From Candidatus Saccharimonadota bacterium (GTDB lineage: Bacteria > Patescibacteriota > Saccharimonadia > Saccharimonadales > 2-12-FULL-41-12), in assembly GCA_022842995.1 (NCBI GenBank), contig JALHOM010000008.1, positions 1-51,400 on the forward strand: a stretch of 51,400 bases of DNA, in the 5' to 3' direction. The notes beneath the pieces are model-generated. The model was not told the origin of the DNA. It did no database searches and saw nothing but the letters and a program-made list of their open reading frames with translations. Positions within the stretch are counted from its first letter, which is position 1. Each line of letters starts with the position of its first letter. Positions 18,594 through 27,277 of this stretch are shown here, piece by piece. The translations under genes were made by a program, and so were the position numbers.

Positions 18594-19859
18594 CTAAACT
18601 TGCGCTGGTGGTGCGGCGCTTTGCTGGGTTTGAAGATGGGCTGCCTGCTGGGATGTTAAGCGCGGTAAATTGATATAAAATGTGCTTCCCTCGCCAAGTT
18701 TGCTCTCGGCCCAGATAGTCCCGTTATAGAGCTTGACGATTGCCGCACAAATAAAGAGGCCGAGGCCCGTTCCGCCGATAGATCGAGTTGCCGAGTTGTC
18801 GACGCGGTAGAATTTTTGGAACAGATGCGGAATATCTTCTTCGGGTATGCCTGCCCCACTGTCGGCGACGTGCAGCTGGACCACTTCATCGTTTCCAGTT
18901 ATGCCGACGCGAATGGTGCCACCTTCGGTGTATTTGACGGCGTTATCGAAGAGGTTGGTTATGACTTCGCGCATACGATCGGGGTCGATATTGGCATAAA
19001 ACAGTGGTGCGATTGTCCGGCCGACTGCCCCGCCGCCGGCCAGTGGTGAATCTGGTTTTTGGGTACTTTGAGTGCCTTGCAAGAACTCGACATGAAGTCC
19101 TTTCTTTTCAGCGCTGAACTTCATATCTTCAACTAATTGCTCCAGGTAAGCTCCCATTTCTGTAACGACGGGGTGACTGGTGAGTCGGCCGTCTTCGGCC
19201 TTGGCGGAGGTCAAAAGGTCCTGGAAAAGCTGGCCAAGGTGCTGGGTGCTGGCATGGGCTTTTTCGAGGTATTCGCGGGCTTTGGCGTCGATTTTAGAAA
19301 CCTTGTCATTAAGAGCTAGCGCCAAGTAGCCTTCGATAGCAGCCACCGGGGTGCGCATTTCGTGAGAGGCGGTGCTGATAAAGTCGGCGCTCCTCTGTTC
19401 TTCCGTGCGTTCTTTGCTGACGTCGCGTATGACGGCAACGATTCCAACGAGCGTATTGTCTTTAGGGTTTACGACTGGTGAAATTACTAACGATACGTAG
19501 ATATGTTTGTTATTTCGGCTGGTTAATATCGACGCGACTGTTTCGGGCTGGAGTTTAGTGAGTACACTGCTGAAAGGATGATCAGCGTCGGAAATGAGTT
19601 CGCTGGTTTTTTCGTCGGCGATGAGCTTGACGATCAGCCTAGCGTCGAGCCCAAGCGCCTCCTCGGGACTCCATTCTGAAAGTAGGCCGGCGGCTTTGTT
19701 GATGAGCACGATGTGACCTGCTGTATCGGTGGCGATGATCCCATCGGTAATTGACTGGATGAGGATCTCGGCCTGTAGCTCCTTATTCTTGAGGGCGCCA
19801 CTTAATTGGGCCACCTGAGAAGAAGCCGGATCTTGCTGTTTTCTGCCGAAGAGCCCCAT
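18594..19859 (-). CDS. PAS-HisKA-HATPase sensor histidine kinase, no clear TM
   Basis: SHEMRTP H-box, NLFDNAVKY, DSGAGI, LFQKFYR, GGTGLGL. Confidence 0.95.
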   Translation of the reverse strand: MGLFGRKQQDPASSQVAQLSGALKNKELQAEILIQSITDGIIATDTAGHIVLINKAAGLLSEWSPEEALGLDARLIVKLIADEKTSELISDADHPFSSVLTKLQPETVASILTSRNNKHIYVSLVISPVVNPKDNTLVGIVAVIRDVSKERTEEQRSADFISTASHEMRTPVAAIEGYLALALNDKVSKIDAKAREYLEKAHASTQHLGQLFQDLLTSAKAEDGRLTSHPVVTEMGAYLEQLVEDMKFSAEKKGLHVEFLQGTQSTQKPDSPLAGGGAVGRTIAPLFYANIDPDRMREVITNLFDNAVKYTEGGTIRVGITGNDEVVQLHVADSGAGIPEEDIPHLFQKFYRVDNSATRSIGGTGLGLFICAAIVKLYNGTIWAESKLGEGSTFYINLPRLTSQQAAHLQTQQSAAPPAQV

Positions 19860-20029
19860 TACATAGCCCTGCCTTTATTCGGGATAAGATGCATTGACGT
19901 AACAGATAACATCGTTCGGTATAGCCCACTTTTTACCATAATCGTGATAGTTAGAAGTATAGCCCACAAACACCGTAAATGCCACCAATAACGGAGACTC
20001 ATATTTGACAATCATGGTATAATATTACA

Positions 20030-20383
20030 TTGATGAGTGAAGATCTGGATCTCGAGAGGTGTTTGGTTTATGCAGGCGAAGCATACTCTACTTTTTTGCA
20101 ACTGCGGGATAACGGCGAAGAGCAAAGCCCGAGATGTCAGGCATTGGGTATGTATTTCACTGCTCTGATGAAGCGCGTCTCGTTTTTGAAAGATGATGCA
20201 GCCTTAGCTGGTTTAGGTGAGAAGCTTCGTGTACTTGATTCAGTAATTAAAGAAGGTCAAGACGAAGGCCGTCAATTGGAGGCTCTTCATTCCTGGAGAA
20301 GTCAGATATTCGTAGACGCGAAAGCAAGAATGAGTCTCGAGTTAGGAGCGCGTAGTACTAGCGCCAATTCCATGTTGCGATAA
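20030..20383 (+). CDS. Hypothetical protein
   Basis: 117-aa ORF preceded by TGGTATAAT. Confidence 0.55.
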   Translation: MMSEDLDLERCLVYAGEAYSTFLQLRDNGEEQSPRCQALGMYFTALMKRVSFLKDDAALAGLGEKLRVLDSVIKEGQDEGRQLEALHSWRSQIFVDAKARMSLELGARSTSANSMLR

Positions 20384-21053
20384 TTTTGTCATAGCCAGCG
20401 ACTGATTCTGGGCGTGCTTTGTCGTACAGCCCGGCAAGAACAAAGCCTCGAACTTCTTGGCCAAGATTTTTGTACTGCAAGCCGGTCGTGGCCACGATTA
20501 CAACGACATGGTCTTTGGTGTATTCGCCTGAAGTGGCGTTATAGGTGATTTTTGTAGCATCGACACCGTCTAGCTTGAGGGGGGTCTCGGCGGTAATATT
20601 GATATCTTTGCGAGAATTAATCCATTGCTGTCGTATTTCAGGGAGGTTAGCACCCTTCCCTATGGGGATAATAGAGAATGTGCTGCTCATTTTCTCGCCG
20701 TAGGTTTGGCCCAAAGCGTCACAGTGTCCGTCGGTCGGGATTGGGTCGTGCGGTGATGGCATCTCGAACTCATAGCAGGCAGTTACAAAGCGATGCGCCG
20801 GGTCAATTGTCGGGGTTGAAGCGTCAGATGGCGTGCTTGAATTGCTGGTGGCGGCCGTGGGCTTGCTGTCGTTTTTCTTCAGGGTTCCAAGCGAGAATAC
20901 CGCCAGCAAAATCAAAACCAAAATAAGCGTACTAGATATGAAACGCTGGTTGTTATTAAACGACGTCTTTAGCGTTGACTTACGACGCTGTGTTGAAGAT
21001 TTAACGGTAGTGTCATCTGTTGATAGAGTTTTTTGTTTTTCATTTTTTGGCAT
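20358..21053 (-). CDS. Single-TM membrane-anchored protein (possible PsbP-like fold)
   Basis: Basic N-tail, one TM, S/T linker, globular C-domain. Confidence 0.7.
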   Translation of the reverse strand: MPKNEKQKTLSTDDTTVKSSTQRRKSTLKTSFNNNQRFISSTLILVLILLAVFSLGTLKKNDSKPTAATSNSSTPSDASTPTIDPAHRFVTACYEFEMPSPHDPIPTDGHCDALGQTYGEKMSSTFSIIPIGKGANLPEIRQQWINSRKDINITAETPLKLDGVDATKITYNATSGEYTKDHVVVIVATTGLQYKNLGQEVRGFVLAGLYDKARPESVAGYDKIIATWNWR

Positions 21054-21161
21054 GTATTTATTTTTAATTGTTGCTAATGTTTATAACTATACCACTCTTC
21101 TGCTCAAAACTGTTCTAAAAAGTCGATTATATGTTAAAATAACCACAACTTATAAAAAAGA

Positions 21162-21290
21162 GGCCCCTTCGTCTAACGTGAGATCCGCCAGTTGGCGGAT
21201 TGCAAGGCCGGAAGCCCGGATCCAAAGGACCGAGCTGAGGCGGGGTCGACCGCAATTTCAAGGAAATTGACGGGTGACTAGGACACCAGG
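21162..21290 (+). pseudogene. tRNA-Glu-like 5' fragment interrupted by a 100-nt insert in the D-loop
   Basis: GGCCCCTTCGTCTAACG (21162-21178) and TAGGACACCAGG (21279-21290) match the adjacent tRNA-Glu; no T-arm or 3' acceptor follows. Confidence 0.6.
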
Positions 21291-21355
21291 CTGTCCTAAC
21301 ACCCCTCAGCAGATCGTACATTTCCAAATTCAAGGTATAATATACAAAATTACGT

Positions 21356-21430
21356 GGCCGCATCGTCTAACGGTTAGGACACCAGGTTCTCATCCTGGCA
21401 ATCGGAGTTCGATTCTCCGTGCGGTCACCA
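21356..21430 (+). tRNA. tRNA-Glu (CTC)
   Basis: Full cloverleaf: CCAGG-TTCTCAT-CCTGG anticodon arm, GTTCGATTC T-loop, encoded CCA. Confidence 0.97.
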
Positions 21431-21465
21431 AAACAAGAGCCCCACTGTTGTGGGGTTTTTGTTTT
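21430..21465 (+). terminator. Intrinsic terminator after tRNA-Glu
   Basis: AAGAGCCCCAC/GTGGGGTTTTT stem followed by a T-tract. Confidence 0.75.
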
Positions 21466-21571
21466 GGTCGATTTTCACAGAAAATCGAGAACTCCGCAGG
21501 AGTTCGTTCATAAGGAGCTCTCGCAGATGCTTGCATCGAGAAAGCGACGCAATGGTTGCTTTAGCAACGGA

Positions 21572-21587
21572 TCCGTGCGGTCACCAA
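21572..21587 (+). repeat. 16-bp duplicate of the tRNA-Glu 3' end (att-like)
   Basis: TCCGTGCGGTCACCAA is identical to 21416-21431. Confidence 0.9.
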
Positions 21588-21614
21588 TAAATACTAAGAA
21601 ATAATAACTAAGTA

Positions 21615-21643
21615 TTGACAAATTCACTTTACTTTAGTAAACT
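21615..21643 (+). promoter_or_regulatory. Promoter TTGACA-N17-TAAACT
   Basis: 6 nt upstream of the ATG at 21650. Confidence 0.65.
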
Positions 21644-21982
21644 GTGTTTATGTCGCAAGATGTAAGTAAAGTTTGGAAAGATGATAAAGCCCAACAGCTA
21701 GTTGAGGCATTAGTTTCTATATCCAATAAAACTACTATGCAAAACTTCCTCCGTGATGTTATGACCGAAAAAGAAATTGTGGAGATTAGCTCAAGATTTG
21801 AAGCCGCTCGCATGCTTGCAGAAGGTAAGAAATATACTGAAATTATGGCCAAGACTAAGCTAAGCAGTCGCACAGTCGCTCGTATCAGCGACTGGTTACA
21901 GAACGGATGTAATGGTTACCAGGCCGCATTGAAAACTGTGAATCATCACAACTCGCATATTCTGCCAGCCCGTGCTGATTAG
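21644..21982 (+). CDS. YerC/YecD-family TrpR-related protein (likely start ATG 21650)
   Basis: FLRDVMTEKEIVEISSRFEAARML and SSRTVARIS HTH pattern. Confidence 0.88.
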   Translation: MFMSQDVSKVWKDDKAQQLVEALVSISNKTTMQNFLRDVMTEKEIVEISSRFEAARMLAEGKKYTEIMAKTKLSSRTVARISDWLQNGCNGYQAALKTVNHHNSHILPARAD

Positions 21983-22005
21983 CAAGTTACGTTCAAGTAA
22001 ATACT

Positions 22006-22040
22006 AAGCGCCAGCACGTTGCTGGCGCTTTTAGTTATTT
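22006..22040 (+). terminator. Intrinsic terminator or possible attenuator
   Basis: 11-bp stem AAGCGCCAGCA/TGCTGGCGCTT with a T-rich tail. Confidence 0.8.
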
Positions 22041-22068
22041 ATTTTGTCAATTTTTTAAAAGGAATAGT

Positions 22069-22902
22069 ATGAAAGATATTTATACGCCTCCGGAAAAAGC
22101 TTTAGAGCTATTAGAGAACCGTAGGCAAAACTCGCAACTTCAATCTAGAGTTGCTGAATACTTAGGTAATTTACTGCCAACATCTATCTTTGAAGGTGAG
22201 CAACCAGTAGCGTTTCTAGCTCGTTATGTGCCTCGTGCGACTGGTGAGGATAGATTGTTTGCAGAAGTAGCGCAAGAGGCCGGCTTCGTCCCCTATTGGG
22301 CTTCTTATGTGTCGGACCGTTTCACGACACGTAATCCAGAAAAGGTCGAAACAGTTCGTCCGCCTTTACTCTGGCCGAAAGGCCAGAAAACGAGGGGGTG
22401 GGTTGTTGAGGTCGACAAACGCCAAGGGGGCATTGGCGAGCTTGACACCATTTACGGTTACTCGTCATCAGATTATCAACAAGGAATACGCCAGCTAGTA
22501 TTCGGCAATGACGGTTTAGACGAGCTTACGGACAATGCCTTTGATATGGGTAAATGGTACAAAGCTCAAGCCTCGCGATTTGGATATATCCAGGGTAATC
22601 TTGCGCCGTTTTATTACCCGGCTGCAATGGCTCTAGCGACAACTTACGGCGTATTGTATGAAGATTTTGAGGGCGGACCGAACGCAAGTAGCGGGGACTT
22701 GGCGAAATTTAGAAATGAAGTTGTATACCCTTCAATTGATAAGGTTCAAAAGGACTTAGGACTAAGACCTGTAATCGTTCAACTTCCGTTTTATCAAGGA
22801 ATGAACGTAACAGATTTATCATTTTTAGATAAGGATGAAGTGGAGCAGTTTAAGAAGTTTGGTAGTTTGTCGCTTCAATCTGCTAGAGTAGGAATATCAT
22901 GA
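22069..22902 (+). CDS. Hypothetical protein
   Basis: 277-aa ORF overlapping the next start by 4 nt. Confidence 0.8.
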   Translation: MKDIYTPPEKALELLENRRQNSQLQSRVAEYLGNLLPTSIFEGEQPVAFLARYVPRATGEDRLFAEVAQEAGFVPYWASYVSDRFTTRNPEKVETVRPPLLWPKGQKTRGWVVEVDKRQGGIGELDTIYGYSSSDYQQGIRQLVFGNDGLDELTDNAFDMGKWYKAQASRFGYIQGNLAPFYYPAAMALATTYGVLYEDFEGGPNASSGDLAKFRNEVVYPSIDKVQKDLGLRPVIVQLPFYQGMNVTDLSFLDKDEVEQFKKFGSLSLQSARVGIS

Positions 22903-23867
22903 GTAGTTTCGAGCCGATGAAAGAAGGGGATGAAATACGCATTATTGCGCCATCTATTAGTAAGTCACGAAGCAAAGATCAGCGTCGGTCCCAGCGTGCT
23001 AAGGAAAGACTAGAAAGCCTTGGCTATAAGGTTACTTTCGGTAATTACTTAGACGAGCAATATCAATTAGGAACAGCTAAAGCTGAAAGTAGGGCTAGAG
23101 ACTTTAATGAGGCTTACGCTGACAAAGATGTAAAAGCTGTAATGGCATTGACTGGTGGGTGGTCGGCAAATGAGATATTGCCCTTAATTGACTGGCAGAC
23201 AGTTGGAGCAAATCCAAAACCGTTGATTGGCTACTCCGATATAACAGTTTTAATAAACGCCATATATGCAAAAACTGGCATTGAAGGGTATCTTGGTCCT
23301 AATTTCCTAACTTTGAGCAGAATGATTTCTTGGCAATATACCTTAGATAATTTTCAAGCAGTGCTTAGACAAGGGTATCCATTACAGTTAAAACGGAGTC
23401 AGGTATGGGGTTCTAAGCCGTCAGCCCGATTTAAGACTAAGCCATGGAAGGTGCTACAGGCAGGAGGTGCAGAAGCCATATTGATTGGCGGGAACCTTGG
23501 TACTTTTTATCTGTTGCAAGGCACTGAGTATCAGCCAAAGTTTGATAAACCCTTTATTCTGGTGGCCGAAGATGATGACGAAAGCGGAAAAATGACCGCT
23601 CGCGAATTTTCTAGGCGACTTGAATCTATACTCCAACTACCAAATGTCCGTACCAATATACAAGGACTACTTATCGGTCGTTTCGAGCCGAACAGCAAAG
23701 TAACGCCTAAAGTCCTTGCGAGCATAGTAGAGTCAAAGCAGTTAGGCGATATCCCTGTCATAGCCGATGTGGACTTTGGTCACAATGCCCCTACACTAAC
23801 TTTGCCTATTGGCAGAAAAGCGAAGATAAGCACTAATAAAATCAGAATATCTATATGGAGAAATTAA
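22899..23867 (+). CDS. S66 family LD-carboxypeptidase/MccF-like peptidase
   Basis: IIAPS, IGYSDIT (Ser), GGNL, AED (Glu), DFGH (His). Confidence 0.93.
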   Translation: MSSFEPMKEGDEIRIIAPSISKSRSKDQRRSQRAKERLESLGYKVTFGNYLDEQYQLGTAKAESRARDFNEAYADKDVKAVMALTGGWSANEILPLIDWQTVGANPKPLIGYSDITVLINAIYAKTGIEGYLGPNFLTLSRMISWQYTLDNFQAVLRQGYPLQLKRSQVWGSKPSARFKTKPWKVLQAGGAEAILIGGNLGTFYLLQGTEYQPKFDKPFILVAEDDDESGKMTAREFSRRLESILQLPNVRTNIQGLLIGRFEPNSKVTPKVLASIVESKQLGDIPVIADVDFGHNAPTLTLPIGRKAKISTNKIRISIWRN

Positions 23868-24856
23868 CTAAGAAACAGAAAATTGCTGACGCTGAAAACC
23901 TTAGAAAGCAAGCAAAGGAAGTGGCTGAAAAAGGCGATTATATGAGTGCGTCTTTTTTCGCAGTAAAAGCATTGAAAATATTTGGTGAGGTAAACGACAG
24001 CACTGCAATAAAAGAGCTTAAAAAGTTAGCCGTTGCATATACAAGGAAATCAGAAGAAACAATGCAGAGCCGCGAAATTTCAGTGCCTTTGGACAAAGAG
24101 TTAGTGACTTTTCTAGAGAGTATGGTAAACGAACTTACTTCATCTGATTCGCTCTTAGGGAATCTTGAAAAAATTGTAAACACAAAGGAAATGCTTCCCA
24201 GCTTTTCAGCCGTGAAGAAGACTTCGGAAGAAATTGTACCTATAACGGCTCAGCTAGTTACTCACATGTCTATTGGTGACGAAGGACATGTTACTTCCTT
24301 TGATGACTTTGAAACTAGTTGGTTTATTGAAAACTACGGAATGAATATGAATCTTTCCATTAGTTCCATAAATAGAGTATTTTCTGAACTTATTAAAAAG
24401 AAGCAATTTACGCAAGAAAATTTAATGGGCTTAGTAATAAGTAAAGGGATATTCACTGGAGAATTCCTACTGAAACTGGAAGCTGTGCTGGAGAGAAGAT
24501 TTGCAAACGATTACTTGTCAGCCATACATATACTCGTTCCAATGTTTGACAAGGTTTTTATGCACTTTTCAGGTTTGCTCGGACTAGACATATACACATA
24601 TAACGGAAGGCAGACAAGTACTAGGAACAAGACCCTGTCGGTGGAAATACTTAAATCAGAGGAATTTATTAAAGTTTGGGGCGAGGATTTTTGCTATATG
24701 CTTAGTTATTTTCTATACGACCCTAACGCCCAGCGATTCCGACATAAAGTTGCTCATGGTGATATAACGGTGAGCGAGTGTAACTTTACTACTTTTAATA
24801 TCGTTTTCTTCTTTCTGCTCAGAGTGATTATTAAGGTTCAGGTTAATAGTAAATAA
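23855..24856 (+). CDS. DUF4209-like protein with a C-terminal HEPN-type RxxxxH motif
   Basis: SAIHILVP...RFRHKVAHG; visibly AT-rich. Confidence 0.65.
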   Translation: MEKLTKKQKIADAENLRKQAKEVAEKGDYMSASFFAVKALKIFGEVNDSTAIKELKKLAVAYTRKSEETMQSREISVPLDKELVTFLESMVNELTSSDSLLGNLEKIVNTKEMLPSFSAVKKTSEEIVPITAQLVTHMSIGDEGHVTSFDDFETSWFIENYGMNMNLSISSINRVFSELIKKKQFTQENLMGLVISKGIFTGEFLLKLEAVLERRFANDYLSAIHILVPMFDKVFMHFSGLLGLDIYTYNGRQTSTRNKTLSVEILKSEEFIKVWGEDFCYMLSYFLYDPNAQRFRHKVAHGDITVSECNFTTFNIVFFFLLRVIIKVQVNSK

Positions 24857-25058
24857 CCAGTTATATTCTGCTCAGGGGGATATTAATTAGTAGCAACCTG
24901 TAAACTATCACCAGAGGTGCTAATACCCCTGAGAAGTTCATTCCATCTTATGATTTCTGATACTATAATTTTATTGGTGATTATAAGTGCGTCGAACTCC
25001 GATATTGAAAATGCTTAGACATTTTCAATGAATCGGTAGTTTAGTACTCCCTAAGATC

Positions 25059-25817
25059 TTATACTTCCGAAGCTTTGTCGACGATATAGGGCTGTAGTTT
25101 ATATGGCGTTACTCGAACGAAGATATTCGTGAGGAATCGGTTCCACCAGCCATATGTCGTCTCGGCCTTGCCGGCCATCATGGCGTTGTAGCCGTGGAGG
25201 GCGACTTTGTACGGTGACGCTCCTTTTGAAATGTTAGACGCTTGGGCTGCATTGAAGAAATTAGTCTTCGTCACCCCCGGATGCAGCGTGGTCGCCGTAA
25301 CCCCGCTGGAGCGCAGATTATAGGCGAGGGCTCTGCCAAAACTTCGTACAAATGCTTTTGAAGCGTAATAAACTGGCTGTTTAGGACCGGGAAAGAAAGC
25401 TGCTATCGAACCGATATTAAGAATCCTGCCCTGCCCTTTCTTGACGAAATCTCCGCCAAAAAAGTGTGTCATTTCTGTCAGCGCTTCAATATTTAGGCGC
25501 ATCATCGTTGCAGTGCCCTTTGGGTCAGTGTCGAAGAAGTCGCCGACCAGCCCAATACCTGCATTATTTACAAGAATTTCGATCCCTTTATCTTTTAGCT
25601 TGTCGTGTAGGTTGCTTGCCGCTCCTGCCTCGGATAGATCCTGGGCAATAATTTCGACTTCAACCTTATAGTTTTGCAAGATCTCCTGGCGAACCTGATT
25701 GAGCTTCTTTTGATCACGAGAAACAAGCACTAAATCATGTCCTTTTGCTGCCATTATTTTAGCGAGTTCATGGCCAATTCCGCTTGATGCGCCGGTTATT
25801 AATGCTTTTTGCATCAT
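25059..25817 (-). CDS. Short-chain dehydrogenase/reductase
   Basis: TGASSGIG, LVNNAG, YYASK. Confidence 0.95.
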   Translation of the reverse strand: MMQKALITGASSGIGHELAKIMAAKGHDLVLVSRDQKKLNQVRQEILQNYKVEVEIIAQDLSEAGAASNLHDKLKDKGIEILVNNAGIGLVGDFFDTDPKGTATMMRLNIEALTEMTHFFGGDFVKKGQGRILNIGSIAAFFPGPKQPVYYASKAFVRSFGRALAYNLRSSGVTATTLHPGVTKTNFFNAAQASNISKGASPYKVALHGYNAMMAGKAETTYGWWNRFLTNIFVRVTPYKLQPYIVDKASEV

Positions 25818-27247
25818 TTTGTCTCCGGGCTGTTTTTTTGAAATTTACCTCCGTAAAACCAGCCATGTAACGGCGGCGGTATTGCTTGAGGTAGGCTCGC
25901 TTTCGAGATCACGCTCAGATCGGCGGCGTCAAGCACCATGAGCTCGGCTTTATTCGTTGCCGTGCTGTGACATAGTACGATCAACGTTCCGTCGTCTTCT
26001 TTCTTGCCGTTCGGATTGGCTACAAAAATTGGTTCGCCAACCGTCATCCCCGCCTCACTCCAGTAGGTGGCGCTATTCTTGTCGAAGTCATATTTCACGA
26101 TTTCTGCAGCAAGATGCGTGTTTAGTGCCGGTGAGTGAACCCCGTATGCGTATCTGTGCTGTCGGTTGCGGTAAGCATCATTAATATTTGGCAACTCAAT
26201 ATTGATCTTGAAATCTTCCATGCTGGCGCTTGATTCGCCCAGGCCAAGCCGTATGCGTCGGAGCGACGATTTGTGGCTATCTGGAATGCCCGACGTTGTG
26301 AGGTTGTCTATGTAGAAATCGTCTACAATCTTGTTGTCGTCATAGCCGCAAAGATCAATGACTATCGACCCGTCTTCTTCGAAGCTATTGATGGTGTGAA
26401 AGAAAAAGAACGATAGGTCGCTTTGGATTTTTTGTATCTCGCCCGTTTGTCTATCGTAAATATGGAAGATATTTTTGAAAGACGTGTCCCAGTTAAAGCA
26501 TTCGTAGAACGATTTGTTCTTTGGACCGCTTAGTGCCAGTTTGCCGAAGTCGAGTCGCATTGGCTGCTCGATTGCTATCAGGTATCGGTCGGTGTTTCCG
26601 AAGCTGTGGAAATAAAATAATTTGTCCGTGGCAAAAGAGCTGTGTTTTTGGGATGTCAGGTCGTCAGAAAGTGATACGAAGGTGTTTTTGGTCCGTGGTC
26701 CGAACGACGCGGTCATGTTCCATACCTGGAGATCATCGGTATATGAGGGGTGGGCCGCCATAACGCCCCCCTTGCCCGGTGTGAAGGTCGAAAGAGTCTC
26801 TAGGCTGTCGACATCAAACTGGGTGAGTGTGGCTATGTCGCTGGTGGTAAAGTATTTTTCACCGATCTTAATAACATTGACATTGGTATTTGTTGGTGTT
26901 GCTGAAAAATTAGCCATAAATCTGCGGAAAATCGAACGGCACGGATCAGAGGCAGTCCCCCATGCAACGGTAGACACACGTCCCGATGATGTGGCATTAA
27001 GATATTCCTCTGACTCGGTGTAGCGAGATTGATAATAGACATCGCCGTCATCGAATAAGAAGCTATGGAGCATACCGTAGCCGTCAAACCAATGTTGAAG
27101 CGTCGTGTCGCGAAGGTTGAACATGGCCGGTCCGTTGCGGATCAACTTGCCGCGTAACCAAACCGGTAGTGGTCTGCTGGCTTTGAGTTTTGTTAGTTCT
27201 GTATTGCTCGGGTTTGCACTGAATGTGCTTGTTGTGGCGTTTTTCAT
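25814..27247 (-). CDS. Carotenoid oxygenase (RPE65/CCD) family protein
   Basis: HWFDGYGMLH, NTNVN and four iron-ligand His (AHP, YFHSF, FFHTIN, PLHG), EPIFV. Confidence 0.93.
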   Translation of the reverse strand: MKNATTSTFSANPSNTELTKLKASRPLPVWLRGKLIRNGPAMFNLRDTTLQHWFDGYGMLHSFLFDDGDVYYQSRYTESEEYLNATSSGRVSTVAWGTASDPCRSIFRRFMANFSATPTNTNVNVIKIGEKYFTTSDIATLTQFDVDSLETLSTFTPGKGGVMAAHPSYTDDLQVWNMTASFGPRTKNTFVSLSDDLTSQKHSSFATDKLFYFHSFGNTDRYLIAIEQPMRLDFGKLALSGPKNKSFYECFNWDTSFKNIFHIYDRQTGEIQKIQSDLSFFFFHTINSFEEDGSIVIDLCGYDDNKIVDDFYIDNLTTSGIPDSHKSSLRRIRLGLGESSASMEDFKINIELPNINDAYRNRQHRYAYGVHSPALNTHLAAEIVKYDFDKNSATYWSEAGMTVGEPIFVANPNGKKEDDGTLIVLCHSTATNKAELMVLDAADLSVISKASLPQAIPPPLHGWFYGGKFQKNSPETK

Positions 27248-27277
27248 ACATCTCTTTATAAATCAATCTATGTTGAC

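Noticed and set aside
21110-21140. dif site (TATGTTAAA)
   Set aside because: Only a partial XerD arm; no plausible XerC arm at 6-bp spacing.
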